A DNA stretch of 63,477 bases from an uncultured Clostridia bacterium (GTDB taxonomy: Bacteria; Bacillota; Clostridia; Christensenellales; UBA1242), in the NCBI GenBank assembly GCA_944381105.1, contig CALWJU010000023.1, positions 1 to 63,477 of the forward strand, in the 5' to 3' direction. Position numbers and translations under genes: made by a program. Below, piece by piece: positions 45,645-56,097 of this stretch (positions within the stretch are counted from its first letter, which is position 1; every line of letters starts with the position of its first letter). The notes beneath the pieces were generated by a model. It was not told the origin of the DNA and searched no databases. It saw only the letters and a list, made by a program, of their open reading frames with translations.

Positions 45645-47611
45645 ATATAACAGAAAAAACTTTAAACTATGTAAAATCAATAACAGCACAGATTATATCA
45701 AATGCAGGTAGTGGGCATACAGGAGCATCACTAGGAGTAAGTTCAATCATGCTTGCTCTATTTAAGGACCATTATAACTTTGATGTTTCAGATACAGATT
45801 TTTTAAATAGGGATAGATTTGTTTTGTCGGCAGGTCATGCTTGCCCAGTTTATTATACTCTTCTATCAATGTTCGGCTTTGATGTCTCCTTGCAAGATTT
45901 AAAGAATATGAGGACTTTGGGGAGTAAAACGCCAGGACATCCAGAGTATAGAGTTACTGACGGAGTAGAAGTGTCGACAGGACCACTAGGTCAAGGCGTA
46001 GCAAATGCAGTAGGAATGGCTATTGCACAGACTATCATGGCGGAACGGTTTAATAGCGTTGGCTTTCCTATTATAAATAATTATACCTACTGTTTGGCTG
46101 GTGATGGTGATTTAATGGAAGGAGTTGCAATGGAGGCTTGCTCGCTTGCAGGGACATTAAATCTAAATAAGTTGATTTTAATGTACGATTCAAATGATGT
46201 AACAATGGATGGCACAGTCAACTTATCAAACAGAGAAAATATAGCAAAGAAATTCAAGGCAATGGGCTGGAATGTTATAAAATGTAAGAAAGGCAATGAT
46301 TTTTACGCTTGTTCAAAAGCGATAGCATGGGCAAAGAAATCAAATAAACCAACCCTTATTATATTTAAAACTACAATAGGGATAGGTACTGATAAAGAGG
46401 GAACATCCTCAGTACATGGCGTTGCACTTAGCAAAGAGGAACTTAAAGTTTTCAATCAAAAGTTGGGCATCAATGAAGAATTTTATATTCCTAACGATGT
46501 TCGTGATTATTGTATGGCAAGTGCAAGACGAGGAAAACTTAATCACGAGACATGGAATCAAGAACTTGCTGTATACGCAACATCTAATCCAGACTTATAC
46601 AGACAATTTGTAACCTTTTTTGATAGAAAGAAAGTAGACATGGATAAATTTGCAAGACTATCTTATAAATGCGAGGGCATGAGTGGTCGAGATATAAATC
46701 ATGTTTTATTAAATGAGTTTGCATCAAAACTTATTCAAATAGTAGGCGGAACAGCAGATGTTATGCATTCAAGTAGGTGCTATATAGAAAATGGTGGGAA
46801 TTATAATGCGGTAAATAGAAGAGGTCGAAACATACATTTTGGTGTAAGAGAACATGCAATGTCGGCGATTATAAATGGAATATGCTTGTACGAGGATTTT
46901 ATACCATTTTGTTCTACCTTTCTATCATTTTCAAACTACATGTTGCCATCTATAAGACTTGCAAGTTCAATGAAACTCAATTGTCTATATTTCTTTACGC
47001 ATGATAGTATATATGTCGGCAAAGATGGAATATCTCATCAACCTATTGAACAACTCAGTCAATTGCGTCAAATAGTAGGATTAAAAGTTGTTAGACCATG
47101 CGATGCAAACGAACTGTTGACAGGCTATCAATATGCACTTACAGGAGAAGGTCCTGTTGCGTTTATATTATCTAGACAAAATATGCCAGCAGTAGAAGGG
47201 GACTTCAAATATGCAATGCAGGGCGGGTATATAATTAGAGAGGTAGAAAAAGAGGCGGATATTGTTCTGTTTGCGACAGGTACAGAGGTAGGTCTTGCGA
47301 TGGAGGTTGCCGATGAACTCTCTAAGAAATACTCAGTCTCAGTTGTCTCAATGCCTTGTATCGAGGTCTTTGAAGAGCAGTCTAATGCCTATAAAAATAA
47401 GGTTTTACAAAAAAGTGCAAAACTACGAGTTGCAATTGAGGCTTCAAACGATAACATTTGGTATAAATATGTTGGAGATAATGGTTTAGTAATAGGCGTA
47501 AATGACTATCAAGGTAGCGGTGAAGGTGCTGAGGTTTACAAGAAAGCAGGTTTTACTCAAAAAGAGATAGTAAGAAAGATAATAAAAAGACTTGCAAAAG
47601 AAGACGTTTAA
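45641..47611 (+). CDS. tkt: transketolase
   Basis: 656 aa with GSGHTGASLG and the TPP motif GDGDLMEG. ATGA overlap with the upstream ORF. Confidence 0.9.
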   Translation: MNITEKTLNYVKSITAQIISNAGSGHTGASLGVSSIMLALFKDHYNFDVSDTDFLNRDRFVLSAGHACPVYYTLLSMFGFDVSLQDLKNMRTLGSKTPGHPEYRVTDGVEVSTGPLGQGVANAVGMAIAQTIMAERFNSVGFPIINNYTYCLAGDGDLMEGVAMEACSLAGTLNLNKLILMYDSNDVTMDGTVNLSNRENIAKKFKAMGWNVIKCKKGNDFYACSKAIAWAKKSNKPTLIIFKTTIGIGTDKEGTSSVHGVALSKEELKVFNQKLGINEEFYIPNDVRDYCMASARRGKLNHETWNQELAVYATSNPDLYRQFVTFFDRKKVDMDKFARLSYKCEGMSGRDINHVLLNEFASKLIQIVGGTADVMHSSRCYIENGGNYNAVNRRGRNIHFGVREHAMSAIINGICLYEDFIPFCSTFLSFSNYMLPSIRLASSMKLNCLYFFTHDSIYVGKDGISHQPIEQLSQLRQIVGLKVVRPCDANELLTGYQYALTGEGPVAFILSRQNMPAVEGDFKYAMQGGYIIREVEKEADIVLFATGTEVGLAMEVADELSKKYSVSVVSMPCIEVFEEQSNAYKNKVLQKSAKLRVAIEASNDNIWYKYVGDNGLVIGVNDYQGSGEGAEVYKKAGFTQKEIVRKIIKRLAKEDV

Positions 47612-47758
47612 AGAGAAATATTTAAATATGCACATATTTAAAATGCTACATTTTTAAAGATTATATATGACAAAAAAAGATAATTTTTTACCATAATTTA
47701 CTTTAAAATAAAATCATTTATAAGCACCAATTTGTATAATATATAAAGAGGTGCTTTT

Positions 47759-48673
47759 ATGATAAATAAAAAAAGTATAGTTTTAAATGGCGTCGAAGAC
47801 AAATCTCAAAGGGCAGTGCTAACAATTGAATGTGATGGCGAGATTGCAAACGGAAGACTGAGATTATACAATTTCGGCGTAGAGCCAAGAGGGATAATAA
47901 GTCTTGGCATAAATGATGGGAAAAAGGTTGTTAAGGCAGGACTCACTCATTCCTCTGGCATGCTTTTTACCTTTATGAGCGAATTAAAACAAATTCCTGA
48001 AAAATTTTCTTGTGCTGTTGTTAATTTTGTAGGAGGAGAGCCTAGACCTATCTTGTATGGGTGCAGTGAAGGTTATCAAGATCGAGAAAAGGTATTTGAG
48101 CAGGTAATTGATTCTCTTTCGCTCGCAAAAAATAGCAAACAGGTAGAAGAAGTGCTTGATAGGTATGATGTTGACTATGACGATAAAGAAAAACAAGAGA
48201 TAGAAGAAGAAATAGATAAAGAGATGGCTAAGGATGAAAAATGTCAAAAAGATTGTGATAATTGCGAATACAAAAAATTCTATATGGAGCATACTAGAAA
48301 AATGGATGTCAAAAATGATGCACCTGTAAAGGAGCAAAGATTTTATGACGAAATGAAAGAACAGATAGACAGCCTTTTTGCAAGTAATCCTAATGAAGAT
48401 TATCTTATGCAATTATTACCAAATTCAAAATGGGTTAAGGTTAACATTGATGACAATGGAGATTATTATGTGTTAGGATTAATCTATGAAGATGATAATT
48501 TAAAATATATTTGTTATGGCGTACCAGGAGTATTTCAAAAATTTCCGCCAAGGGAACTTTCTGGCTATCCAATATGGTTTCCTCTTGACGAAGATAAACC
48601 TGAGGGTTTTGGATATTGGCTATCCTATCAAGATTCAAATACAGGCGAAAGTGTTAAAGCGGTAGTAATATAA
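47759..48673 (+). CDS. hypothetical protein
   Basis: 304-aa ORF with an AAGAGGTG SD, an acidic middle region and a CxxC (DCDNCEY). I do not recognise a family. Confidence 0.4.
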   Translation: MINKKSIVLNGVEDKSQRAVLTIECDGEIANGRLRLYNFGVEPRGIISLGINDGKKVVKAGLTHSSGMLFTFMSELKQIPEKFSCAVVNFVGGEPRPILYGCSEGYQDREKVFEQVIDSLSLAKNSKQVEEVLDRYDVDYDDKEKQEIEEEIDKEMAKDEKCQKDCDNCEYKKFYMEHTRKMDVKNDAPVKEQRFYDEMKEQIDSLFASNPNEDYLMQLLPNSKWVKVNIDDNGDYYVLGLIYEDDNLKYICYGVPGVFQKFPPRELSGYPIWFPLDEDKPEGFGYWLSYQDSNTGESVKAVVI

Positions 48674-48686
48674 AAAGGGTTTAAGT

Positions 48687-49613
48687 ATGAGATTTTTTCT
48701 TATAACAATGTTTGTTATTTTAGTTTTAATTTTAGTGATATTTGCCTTTTATCTACTAATAGGATATTTTTCGTTTAGGTTCGCCCTTTCACGAAGAGGA
48801 AAACTGAAAAGGGGGATAGAACTAAAAAGTAGGAATGCACTATCCTCACAGCCAGAGATAAGTAAATATTTTAGTGAAGGCTTTGAAAAGATAGAAATGA
48901 CGAGCAATGATGGACTTAAACTATATGGTTTTTATAAAGACAACAATCAAAATAAACTTGCATTGCTTGTTCATGGATATGGTGGCGATCACTTTGACAT
49001 GTATAGTTACGCTAAAATTTTTGAGGAAAGAGGTTATGATATTTGTGCCATAGACAATAGGACACATGGTATAAGTGAGGGCGAAATTCTTACTATGGGC
49101 TTATATGAACATTTTGACCTAATCGAATGGATAAAGAAATTGCTGTCTAAAAAATGTAATTACAAAATAGTGCTATTTGGAATTTCAATGGGAGCAAGTA
49201 CAGTGTGTATGAGTCTTGGTGAAAATTTACCTAATAATGTTATTTGTGCAATAGAGGATTGTGGATATGATAATGCAAATAGGCAAATGAAATATGTTTA
49301 TTCTAAAACCAAACTTGCAAAACTCTTTTACAAAATATTCTATGATTATACGAAGAGAACAAAAGACATAGACTTAAAGGCAATAGATGTGAATGAAAAA
49401 CTTAGAAATTCAAAAATACCAGTGCTTTTTATTCATGGCGAAAAAGATGATTTTGTTCCAACTGAAATGGTATATTCTCTTTATGAGAGTATGCCTGAAA
49501 ATAGGAGATTTTTATATATAGCAAAAGAGGCAACACATACAAAAAGTATAGATGTAAATGAAAAAGAATATAAAAAAATAGTTTATAATTTTTTAGACAA
49601 ATATTGTATGTAA
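48687..49613 (+). CDS. membrane-anchored alpha/beta hydrolase
   Basis: N-terminal TM, nucleophile elbow GISMGAS, then downstream D and H (HGEKDDFV...ATH). Confidence 0.7.
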   Translation: MRFFLITMFVILVLILVIFAFYLLIGYFSFRFALSRRGKLKRGIELKSRNALSSQPEISKYFSEGFEKIEMTSNDGLKLYGFYKDNNQNKLALLVHGYGGDHFDMYSYAKIFEERGYDICAIDNRTHGISEGEILTMGLYEHFDLIEWIKKLLSKKCNYKIVLFGISMGASTVCMSLGENLPNNVICAIEDCGYDNANRQMKYVYSKTKLAKLFYKIFYDYTKRTKDIDLKAIDVNEKLRNSKIPVLFIHGEKDDFVPTEMVYSLYESMPENRRFLYIAKEATHTKSIDVNEKEYKKIVYNFLDKYCM

Positions 49614-49878
49614 AAAATATTGTTAAATTAAATAAATCATTTTTTTAACATAATTAATTAAAAATAAAATTCTTTATAAAATAAAAATTATATAAAAATG
49701 TAGAAATATATCTAAAAATAGCAAAAAAATACATTAAAAAATAAAGAATATTATCAACAAGAAAATTATAGCCAGTGAAAAATAAGGCGATAAGATTTAT
49801 AAAAAATAAAAAATAAAAGAAAAATGGCAAAAAAATAAAAAAAAGAATAAAAAATAGGTTAAAAATGATAAAAAATAT

Positions 49879-49906
49879 AAAAATCGGCATTAAACCGATT
49901 TTTTTA
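49879..49906. terminator. bidirectional terminator
   Basis: AAAATCGG-CATTAAA-CCGATTTT, flanked by A- and T-runs. Confidence 0.5.
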
Positions 49907-49964
49907 TGTTAAATTGTATTTTATTAGATATTTTTTGTATTTAAAAAAACAATTAAATTATTTT

Positions 49965-52900
49965 TTAATTTTTATTTTCTGTCAAATATTTTAAATAATT
50001 ATAATTTTCGACAGCATACTCTTTTTGTTTTTCCAATAGGTCGGAATATCCTTTTTCAATAGTTGAAACGAATCTTCTCTCGCCTTTTAAAAAAGCAAAA
50101 TAGTTATCATCATTTAGAGGACTAAAAAGAGATAATTTTTTATTTGTCGGATTATATTGATAGGTTGGCCAAAAACCACATTCGACTGCTTTTTTCATTT
50201 CATTCATCATATTAGATAGGTCAAAACCTTGATTTACACAAGGAGAGTATGCAACTACAAGAGATACGCCATTATAGTCCTGTGCATCTTTAAGTGCTTT
50301 TATCGTTTGATTAATGTTATAACCTAATGCTACTTGACTTACAAAAACATCTTTATAGGTCAGTGCAATTTCGCCTATATTCTTCTTGCGTCTATTCTTC
50401 CCATTTTCAGCAAATTTAACAGATGCTCCTGTTGGAGTTGCTTTGCTTTGTTGTCCACCTGTATTTGAATATGTTTGATTATCAAGAATTAGAATATTTA
50501 TATTTTCTCCACTAGCAAGAATGTGGTCAAGACCTCCAAACCCAATATCATAAGCCCAACCATCGCCACCTATTATCCAGACATTTTTATCGCAATTTTT
50601 ATTGTAATTGCTTCCAAGTTTTAGCCCTAGACCAAATTCCGCATTGTCTTCAAATAGACTATTAGCCCAAAACACACCATTTCCATTCTCGTCTTTTCCG
50701 TAAGGACAAGAGCCAAATGTCCCTCCATAGATAGAAGAACAACCTGTGGCATTTGCTATCATTAAGTTTGAACCATTAAGCATAGTCAAAATTTTGATAT
50801 AAGGAGTTTCACCGCATCCAGCACATGCTCCACTAAATCTAAACAACGACCTTTCAAATTGAAGCCCTTTTGCTGTTGTTTTTGGAAATAGTGTTTGTTT
50901 AGAGAAGGAGTAGTCTTTATTTAAATTATATTCTTTTATTTTGCTATCAAGTAATTCTTCACTTTCATTCATTTCGAGTGCTTTTTTAATTGCAGGGCAG
51001 GTTTTAGCACAAACACCACAGCCTGTGCAGTCCTCAGGAGACAAAAGCACCTTAAATAGTTTGCCATTGAGACCAATTGCTTTAACAAAACTATCTTTGT
51101 CTTGTATGTTGATGTTTTCATCTATAAGTAGACTGCTAAGAGCAGAATGAGGACATGCAAGTACACATTGCCCACATTGTATACAGTTTTCTTTTATCCA
51201 TTTAGGCAGTCTTAAAGCAATACCTCTTTTTTCGTATTGAGAGGTGTCAAGTTCGCAAGAACCATCATCGCTAAAAGCGGATACAGGTATCTGATCGCCT
51301 TGCAAATTTTTTTGTTTTTTCATTATGTTCAAGTAGAACTTGTTATCATAGTCTGCTTGACTTTTATATTCTTTTCCAACCAGAGAAATAAGAGCAACTT
51401 TTTCAAGACTATCAAGAGCAATCTTCATGGCATTAATGTTCTTTTTGACAACATCCTCGCCTTTTGATGAAAACATATGTGTAATATCTCTTTCAAGTTC
51501 TTTTGCGATTTCCTCTTTATTTAAAAGGTTTGTGCATAACAATAGTCCTGCCTGCATGATGATATTTATTTTTCCGCCAAGACCACACTCAGAGGCTATT
51601 TTTTGACCATTTATAACATAAAGGTTTGCATTTTTTTCCTTCAATTTTTCAACGTATGAGATAGGTAAAACTCTACCAATTTCATCTGCCGAAAAGATGG
51701 AATTCACAAGTACAGTTCCATTCTCTTTTAGGCCGTCAAGACAATTGTACCTTGTAACGAACGAAAAATTATTAATAGATATAACATCTTCCTCTTTTAT
51801 GAGATACTCGCTTTTTATAGGTCTGTCCGATAGCCTTAAATGAGATATTGTTAAACTTCCAGACTTCTTTGAATCATATTCAAAATAGCCCTGTACATAT
51901 TTGTTATAGTTTTCTCCTAGTATTTTAATGGTCGATTTGCTTGCAGAGACAGAACCGTCAGAGCCAAGACCAAATATTTTAATTTGAAAATCGTTTAAGG
52001 TAGATTTGTAGGAAGAAAGAGGTAGAGAGGAGTTATTTTTGTCGTCAATGATACCAATGGTAAAATTATCTTTCTTTTCTTTTTCCATGTTCATAAATAC
52101 GCTGTCAACGCATTGAGGAGTAAAGTCCTTACCGCCAAGCCCATATCGACCAGAAAGAACCTCAATATTCTTTCTAAATTTTTGAGTGCATGCCATAACA
52201 TCAAGAGCCAGAGGAGGCAACGCACCATTTTCCTTAGTCCTGTCAAGAACGGTAATAATTTTAGTTGTTTTCGGTAATTTTTCAATAAATTTCTCTTGCA
52301 AGAATGGTCTATAAAGTTTAACTTTTATAAGACCAATCTTTTTGCTTGGATTTTGCTCGATGTACTCTTCTATTGTCTCACAAGATGAGCCCATAGCAAC
52401 GACGACATGTTCAGCATTTTCTCTGCCAATATACTCAAAAAAGTCAAATTGCGAGCCAGTCAACTTGTAAATATCAGAAAATATCTCTTTTAAATCTTTT
52501 TCTATATTGTCATATTTATATTGATTTGCCTCTCTATTTTGAAAGAATACATCAGGGTTTTGAGCACTACCAAATTGCATTTCCTTATAAGAGGCTTTAA
52601 ATTTTTGATAGTAGTCCTTGATAACAAATTTTATTTCATCATCTTGTAAAATATTAATTTTTTGATACTCATGGCTTGTTCTAAACCCATCAAAAAAATG
52701 TAGTACAGGCAGACGACTTTTCATTGCAAGAGCATGACTTGCAAGTGCAAGATAATGACACTCCTGAGGATTTGACGAAGATAGCATAACGAACCCAGCC
52801 GAACGAACTGCCATAACATCAGAATGGTCGCCAAAAATGGAAAGTGCATGACTGGCAAGTGCTCTTGCAGAGACATGGATGACGGCAGGTAGACCTTCGC

Positions 52901-53198
52901 CAACAATTTTATACATATTAGGAAGCATCAATAGAAGGCCTTGACTTGATGTAAAGGTAGTCGAATAAGAATGAGAAAGAAGAGCACCATGAAGCGTTCC
53001 AGCAACGCCACCTTCTGACTGCATTTCCACCATTTTGACCTCTTCACCAAAGATGTTTTTGACATTCTTGCTGTTAAGTGCCGAACAAAATTCAGCCATA
53101 GGGCTTGATGGTGTGATAGGATAAATAGGAATAACCTCAGATAATTTATATGCGATTTCGCCAACTGCCGAGCAGGCATCTGTAATTACTTTTTTCAT
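49965..53198 (-). CDS. nifJ: pyruvate:ferredoxin (flavodoxin) oxidoreductase, single-chain
   Basis: 1077 aa with two ferredoxin motifs (CIQCGQCVLACP, CTGCGVCAKTCP) and the TPP-binding GGDGWAYDIGFGGLDH. Confidence 0.9.
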   Translation of the reverse strand: MKKVITDACSAVGEIAYKLSEVIPIYPITPSSPMAEFCSALNSKNVKNIFGEEVKMVEMQSEGGVAGTLHGALLSHSYSTTFTSSQGLLLMLPNMYKIVGEGLPAVIHVSARALASHALSIFGDHSDVMAVRSAGFVMLSSSNPQECHYLALASHALAMKSRLPVLHFFDGFRTSHEYQKINILQDDEIKFVIKDYYQKFKASYKEMQFGSAQNPDVFFQNREANQYKYDNIEKDLKEIFSDIYKLTGSQFDFFEYIGRENAEHVVVAMGSSCETIEEYIEQNPSKKIGLIKVKLYRPFLQEKFIEKLPKTTKIITVLDRTKENGALPPLALDVMACTQKFRKNIEVLSGRYGLGGKDFTPQCVDSVFMNMEKEKKDNFTIGIIDDKNNSSLPLSSYKSTLNDFQIKIFGLGSDGSVSASKSTIKILGENYNKYVQGYFEYDSKKSGSLTISHLRLSDRPIKSEYLIKEEDVISINNFSFVTRYNCLDGLKENGTVLVNSIFSADEIGRVLPISYVEKLKEKNANLYVINGQKIASECGLGGKINIIMQAGLLLCTNLLNKEEIAKELERDITHMFSSKGEDVVKKNINAMKIALDSLEKVALISLVGKEYKSQADYDNKFYLNIMKKQKNLQGDQIPVSAFSDDGSCELDTSQYEKRGIALRLPKWIKENCIQCGQCVLACPHSALSSLLIDENINIQDKDSFVKAIGLNGKLFKVLLSPEDCTGCGVCAKTCPAIKKALEMNESEELLDSKIKEYNLNKDYSFSKQTLFPKTTAKGLQFERSLFRFSGACAGCGETPYIKILTMLNGSNLMIANATGCSSIYGGTFGSCPYGKDENGNGVFWANSLFEDNAEFGLGLKLGSNYNKNCDKNVWIIGGDGWAYDIGFGGLDHILASGENINILILDNQTYSNTGGQQSKATPTGASVKFAENGKNRRKKNIGEIALTYKDVFVSQVALGYNINQTIKALKDAQDYNGVSLVVAYSPCVNQGFDLSNMMNEMKKAVECGFWPTYQYNPTNKKLSLFSPLNDDNYFAFLKGERRFVSTIEKGYSDLLEKQKEYAVENYNYLKYLTENKN

Positions 53199-53325
53199 AA
53201 TATCTCCTAGAAACTATTATATAAAATTTAAAAAAATTAGTCAATCAAAGGTTATAAAATTTAAAATTTTTAGAAAAATATAAAAATCACTTTTAGATTT
53301 AGGCAAACAATACTATAATAATGCT

Positions 53326-54060
53326 ATGAAAAGGATACTTCTTACAATAGAATATGATGGAAGAGATTATTGTGGTTGGCAGAAACAACCAAAAGTTAAG
53401 ACTATTCAGGGAGAAATAGAAAGAGCAATTCTTTCAAGTATAGGACAGACGGCAGAACTGTATGGCAGTGGTAGAACAGATAGTGGCGTGCATGCACTAA
53501 ATCAAAAAGCACATTTTGACCTAACAAAACAAGTGCCTATCTCAAAACTTGCTGATATTTTAAATAATGTTTTACCCGATGATATAGTCATTAAAAATGC
53601 AGAAGAGGTTGACAGTGATTTTCATGCTAGATTTTCTGTACATAAAAAGTGTTATAGATACAAGATATATAATTCTCCGCTTAAAAATGCTTTTTTAGCG
53701 TATAGAGCAGGCTATGTTAAACGAGAATTAGATATAGATAAAATGATTGAAGCAAGCAGATTATTGATAGGAGAGCACGACTTTAAAGGTTTTTGTTCGG
53801 CGAATACCTCAACTGACAATTTCGTACGTAAAATTTATGACATAACAGTTATGAGAGATGATGATTTAGTAGTAATTGACGTATGCGGAAATGGTTTTTT
53901 ATACAATATGGTTCGCATAATAGTAGGTACACTTGTAGACTATTCGTTAGGCAGACTTACGCTCAGTGATATAAAAGAGGCTTTGAAGAATGGTAATAGA
54001 GCAAAATCAGGACAGACAATGAGCCCTTATGGATTATATTTGAAAGATGTCATATATTGA
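53326..54060 (+). CDS. truA: tRNA pseudouridine(38-40) synthase
   Basis: 244 aa with the catalytic GRTDSGVHA. TATAAT at 53314-53319 ends 6 nt before the ATG, with no SD. Confidence 0.9.
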   Translation: MKRILLTIEYDGRDYCGWQKQPKVKTIQGEIERAILSSIGQTAELYGSGRTDSGVHALNQKAHFDLTKQVPISKLADILNNVLPDDIVIKNAEEVDSDFHARFSVHKKCYRYKIYNSPLKNAFLAYRAGYVKRELDIDKMIEASRLLIGEHDFKGFCSANTSTDNFVRKIYDITVMRDDDLVVIDVCGNGFLYNMVRIIVGTLVDYSLGRLTLSDIKEALKNGNRAKSGQTMSPYGLYLKDVIY

Positions 54061-54215
54061 TTTTATGAGGAGATGACAAGATATATATAGACATTTAAAC
54101 CAAGAAAAAATAGACATTTAAAAATTAGTGTTATTGATATATTTTACAAGGAAAATGATTGCTTTTTTCTTGACAATGTGCTAAACTATCTTTGTTAAAT
54201 TTTAGTGAGGATAAA

Positions 54216-56033
54216 ATGAAAACAGATAGACAACTTAAAGATTTATGGATAAAATTTTTTACTAAACATGGATTTGTAAGAATACCTGGATATTCTATCA
54301 TACCAGAGAATGATCCAACCGTTTTGTTTACCACAGCAGGTATGCATCCGCTAGTGCCTTATCTCCTTGGCGAGCCTCATCCAGCAGGCAATATGATTTT
54401 TGATGTTCAGAGGTGTTTAAGGACAAACGATATTGATGAAGTGGGTGATGAAAGCCATTTAACCTTGTTTGAAATGCTTGGTAATTGGACGCTAGGAAAG
54501 TGCGACAAGAGGGAGATGATAAAACTTAGTTTTGAATTTTTGACAAGTCCTGAATATTTAAATATTCCAAAGGAAAGGATAGCAGTATCTGTCTTTGCAG
54601 GCGACGAGACCGCTCCACGTGATGAAGAGGCTTACAACGCATGGAAGGAATGTGGTATTGAAGAGGTTTATTATTTGCCAAAAGAGAACAATTGGTGGGC
54701 GCTAGGTGGCGGAGTAGGACCATGTGGCCCAGATAGTGAAATGTTCTATGATACAGGAAAACCAAAATGTAGCAAAAATTGTAACCCTTCTTGTGATTGT
54801 GGAAAATATCTTGAAATATGGAATGATGTTTTCATGCAATACAGGGTAAAAGAGGCAGGCGGAAAGGCTGAAAAACTAGATAAACCAAATATTGACACAG
54901 GAATGGGGTTAGAAAGAACAATAGCAGTGCTAAATGGTGCTAAAAGTGTTTATGACTCAGGATGCTTAAAAAGGGTAATAGATTTTATAGGAACAAAAGC
55001 AGATAAGGGATATCAGCAAGACGCTCAATCTACTCGTGCTTATAGAATAATCACTGATCATATTAGGTCGGCAGTGTTTATCTTAGGCGACGAGAGGGGA
55101 GTTGTTCCTTCAAACGTAGGACAGGGTTATATTCTTAGACGTTTTATAAGACGTGCGGTAAATTGTGCAAGGAATATAGGACTTGATAGTAAATATTTTA
55201 CTGATATAGCAGATATTTATGTTGACGAATATGGTAAAGACTATTTGGATATAGCAAGCAAGAGAGACTTTATTAAAGAGGAACTTATCAAAGAGGTAGA
55301 AAAATTTTCAAAGGCTATTGAAGAGGGCTATAAAGAATTCGAAAAAGTAATAAAAGGAATTGAAAAACACAAGGAATTTGCTAGCAAAAATGGGCAAACC
55401 GTCGAGAATAAGATTAGCGGTAAGGCGGTATTTAGACTTTATGACACCTTTGGTTTTCCGTTTGAACTCACAAAAGAACTAGCAAATGAGCGTGGTTATA
55501 GCGTAGATAAAGAGGAGTTTGACGAGAAATTTAAAGAGCATCAAGAGAAGTCAAGAGTAGCCTCAGCAGGAGTATTTAAAGGCGGACTTGCAGATGGCTC
55601 AAAACAATCAGCAAGACTACACACAGCGACACATCTCCTTCTTGCAGGACTACAAAAAATGTATGGCAAACAAGTTGTGCAGAAAGGTTCGAATATAACA
55701 CCTGAAAGACTTCGTTTTGATTTTAATCTAGACCATAAAATGACGAAAGAAGAACTTGATATGGTGGAGCATTTTGTTAATGATGCAATAGAAAGAGAAA
55801 TTCCTGTAAAATGCGAGATAATGAGTTTAGAAGAGGCAAAGAGACAGGGGGCTCATGGCACATTTAACGATAAATATGGACAGGAGGTCAAAGTTTACAC
55901 AATAGGAGATGTAAGTAAAGAGATTTGCGGAGGACCTCACGCTGAAAACACCAAAGAACTTCATCACTTTAAAATAATAAAAGAGGAGTCATCTTCAAGC
56001 GGGATAAGAAGAATAAAAGCCATTCTTGATTAA
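54216..56033 (+). CDS. alaS: alanine--tRNA ligase, compact form (catalytic, tRNA-recognition and editing domains; no C-Ala domain)
   Basis: Start at ATG 54216 after a GAGGA SD. Motifs FTTAGMHPLVPY, WNDVFMQY, DTGMGLERT, and editing HTATHLL and CGGPH. The protein ends about 20 aa after the editing domain. Confidence 0.85.
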   Translation: MKTDRQLKDLWIKFFTKHGFVRIPGYSIIPENDPTVLFTTAGMHPLVPYLLGEPHPAGNMIFDVQRCLRTNDIDEVGDESHLTLFEMLGNWTLGKCDKREMIKLSFEFLTSPEYLNIPKERIAVSVFAGDETAPRDEEAYNAWKECGIEEVYYLPKENNWWALGGGVGPCGPDSEMFYDTGKPKCSKNCNPSCDCGKYLEIWNDVFMQYRVKEAGGKAEKLDKPNIDTGMGLERTIAVLNGAKSVYDSGCLKRVIDFIGTKADKGYQQDAQSTRAYRIITDHIRSAVFILGDERGVVPSNVGQGYILRRFIRRAVNCARNIGLDSKYFTDIADIYVDEYGKDYLDIASKRDFIKEELIKEVEKFSKAIEEGYKEFEKVIKGIEKHKEFASKNGQTVENKISGKAVFRLYDTFGFPFELTKELANERGYSVDKEEFDEKFKEHQEKSRVASAGVFKGGLADGSKQSARLHTATHLLLAGLQKMYGKQVVQKGSNITPERLRFDFNLDHKMTKEELDMVEHFVNDAIEREIPVKCEIMSLEEAKRQGAHGTFNDKYGQEVKVYTIGDVSKEICGGPHAENTKELHHFKIIKEESSSSGIRRIKAILD

Positions 56034-56097
56034 AAAGATTGACTTGTATAGTTGTAAAATTAAAAGTTGTATGCTATAATATAAATATGGAGGATAA

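Noticed and set aside
49620-49965. A strongly A-rich (plus-strand) intergenic island with a Phe-rich 78-aa ORF (49654-49890, minus). There are similar A-rich tracts at 18460-18646 and 19770-19940.
   Set aside because: The ORF is simply poly-T codons from the A-runs. I found no repeat unit, periodicity or hairpins apart from the terminator at 49879-49906. I treat these as low-complexity spacer between convergent genes, possibly curved DNA, and nothing is specifically testable from sequence alone.
54061-54215. T-box leaders upstream of alaS (and upstream of proS at 63018-63200).
   Set aside because: No specifier-loop or T-box (AATTGGGTGGTACCGCG-like) sequence or antiterminator is present. Both leaders are short and have ordinary promoters.
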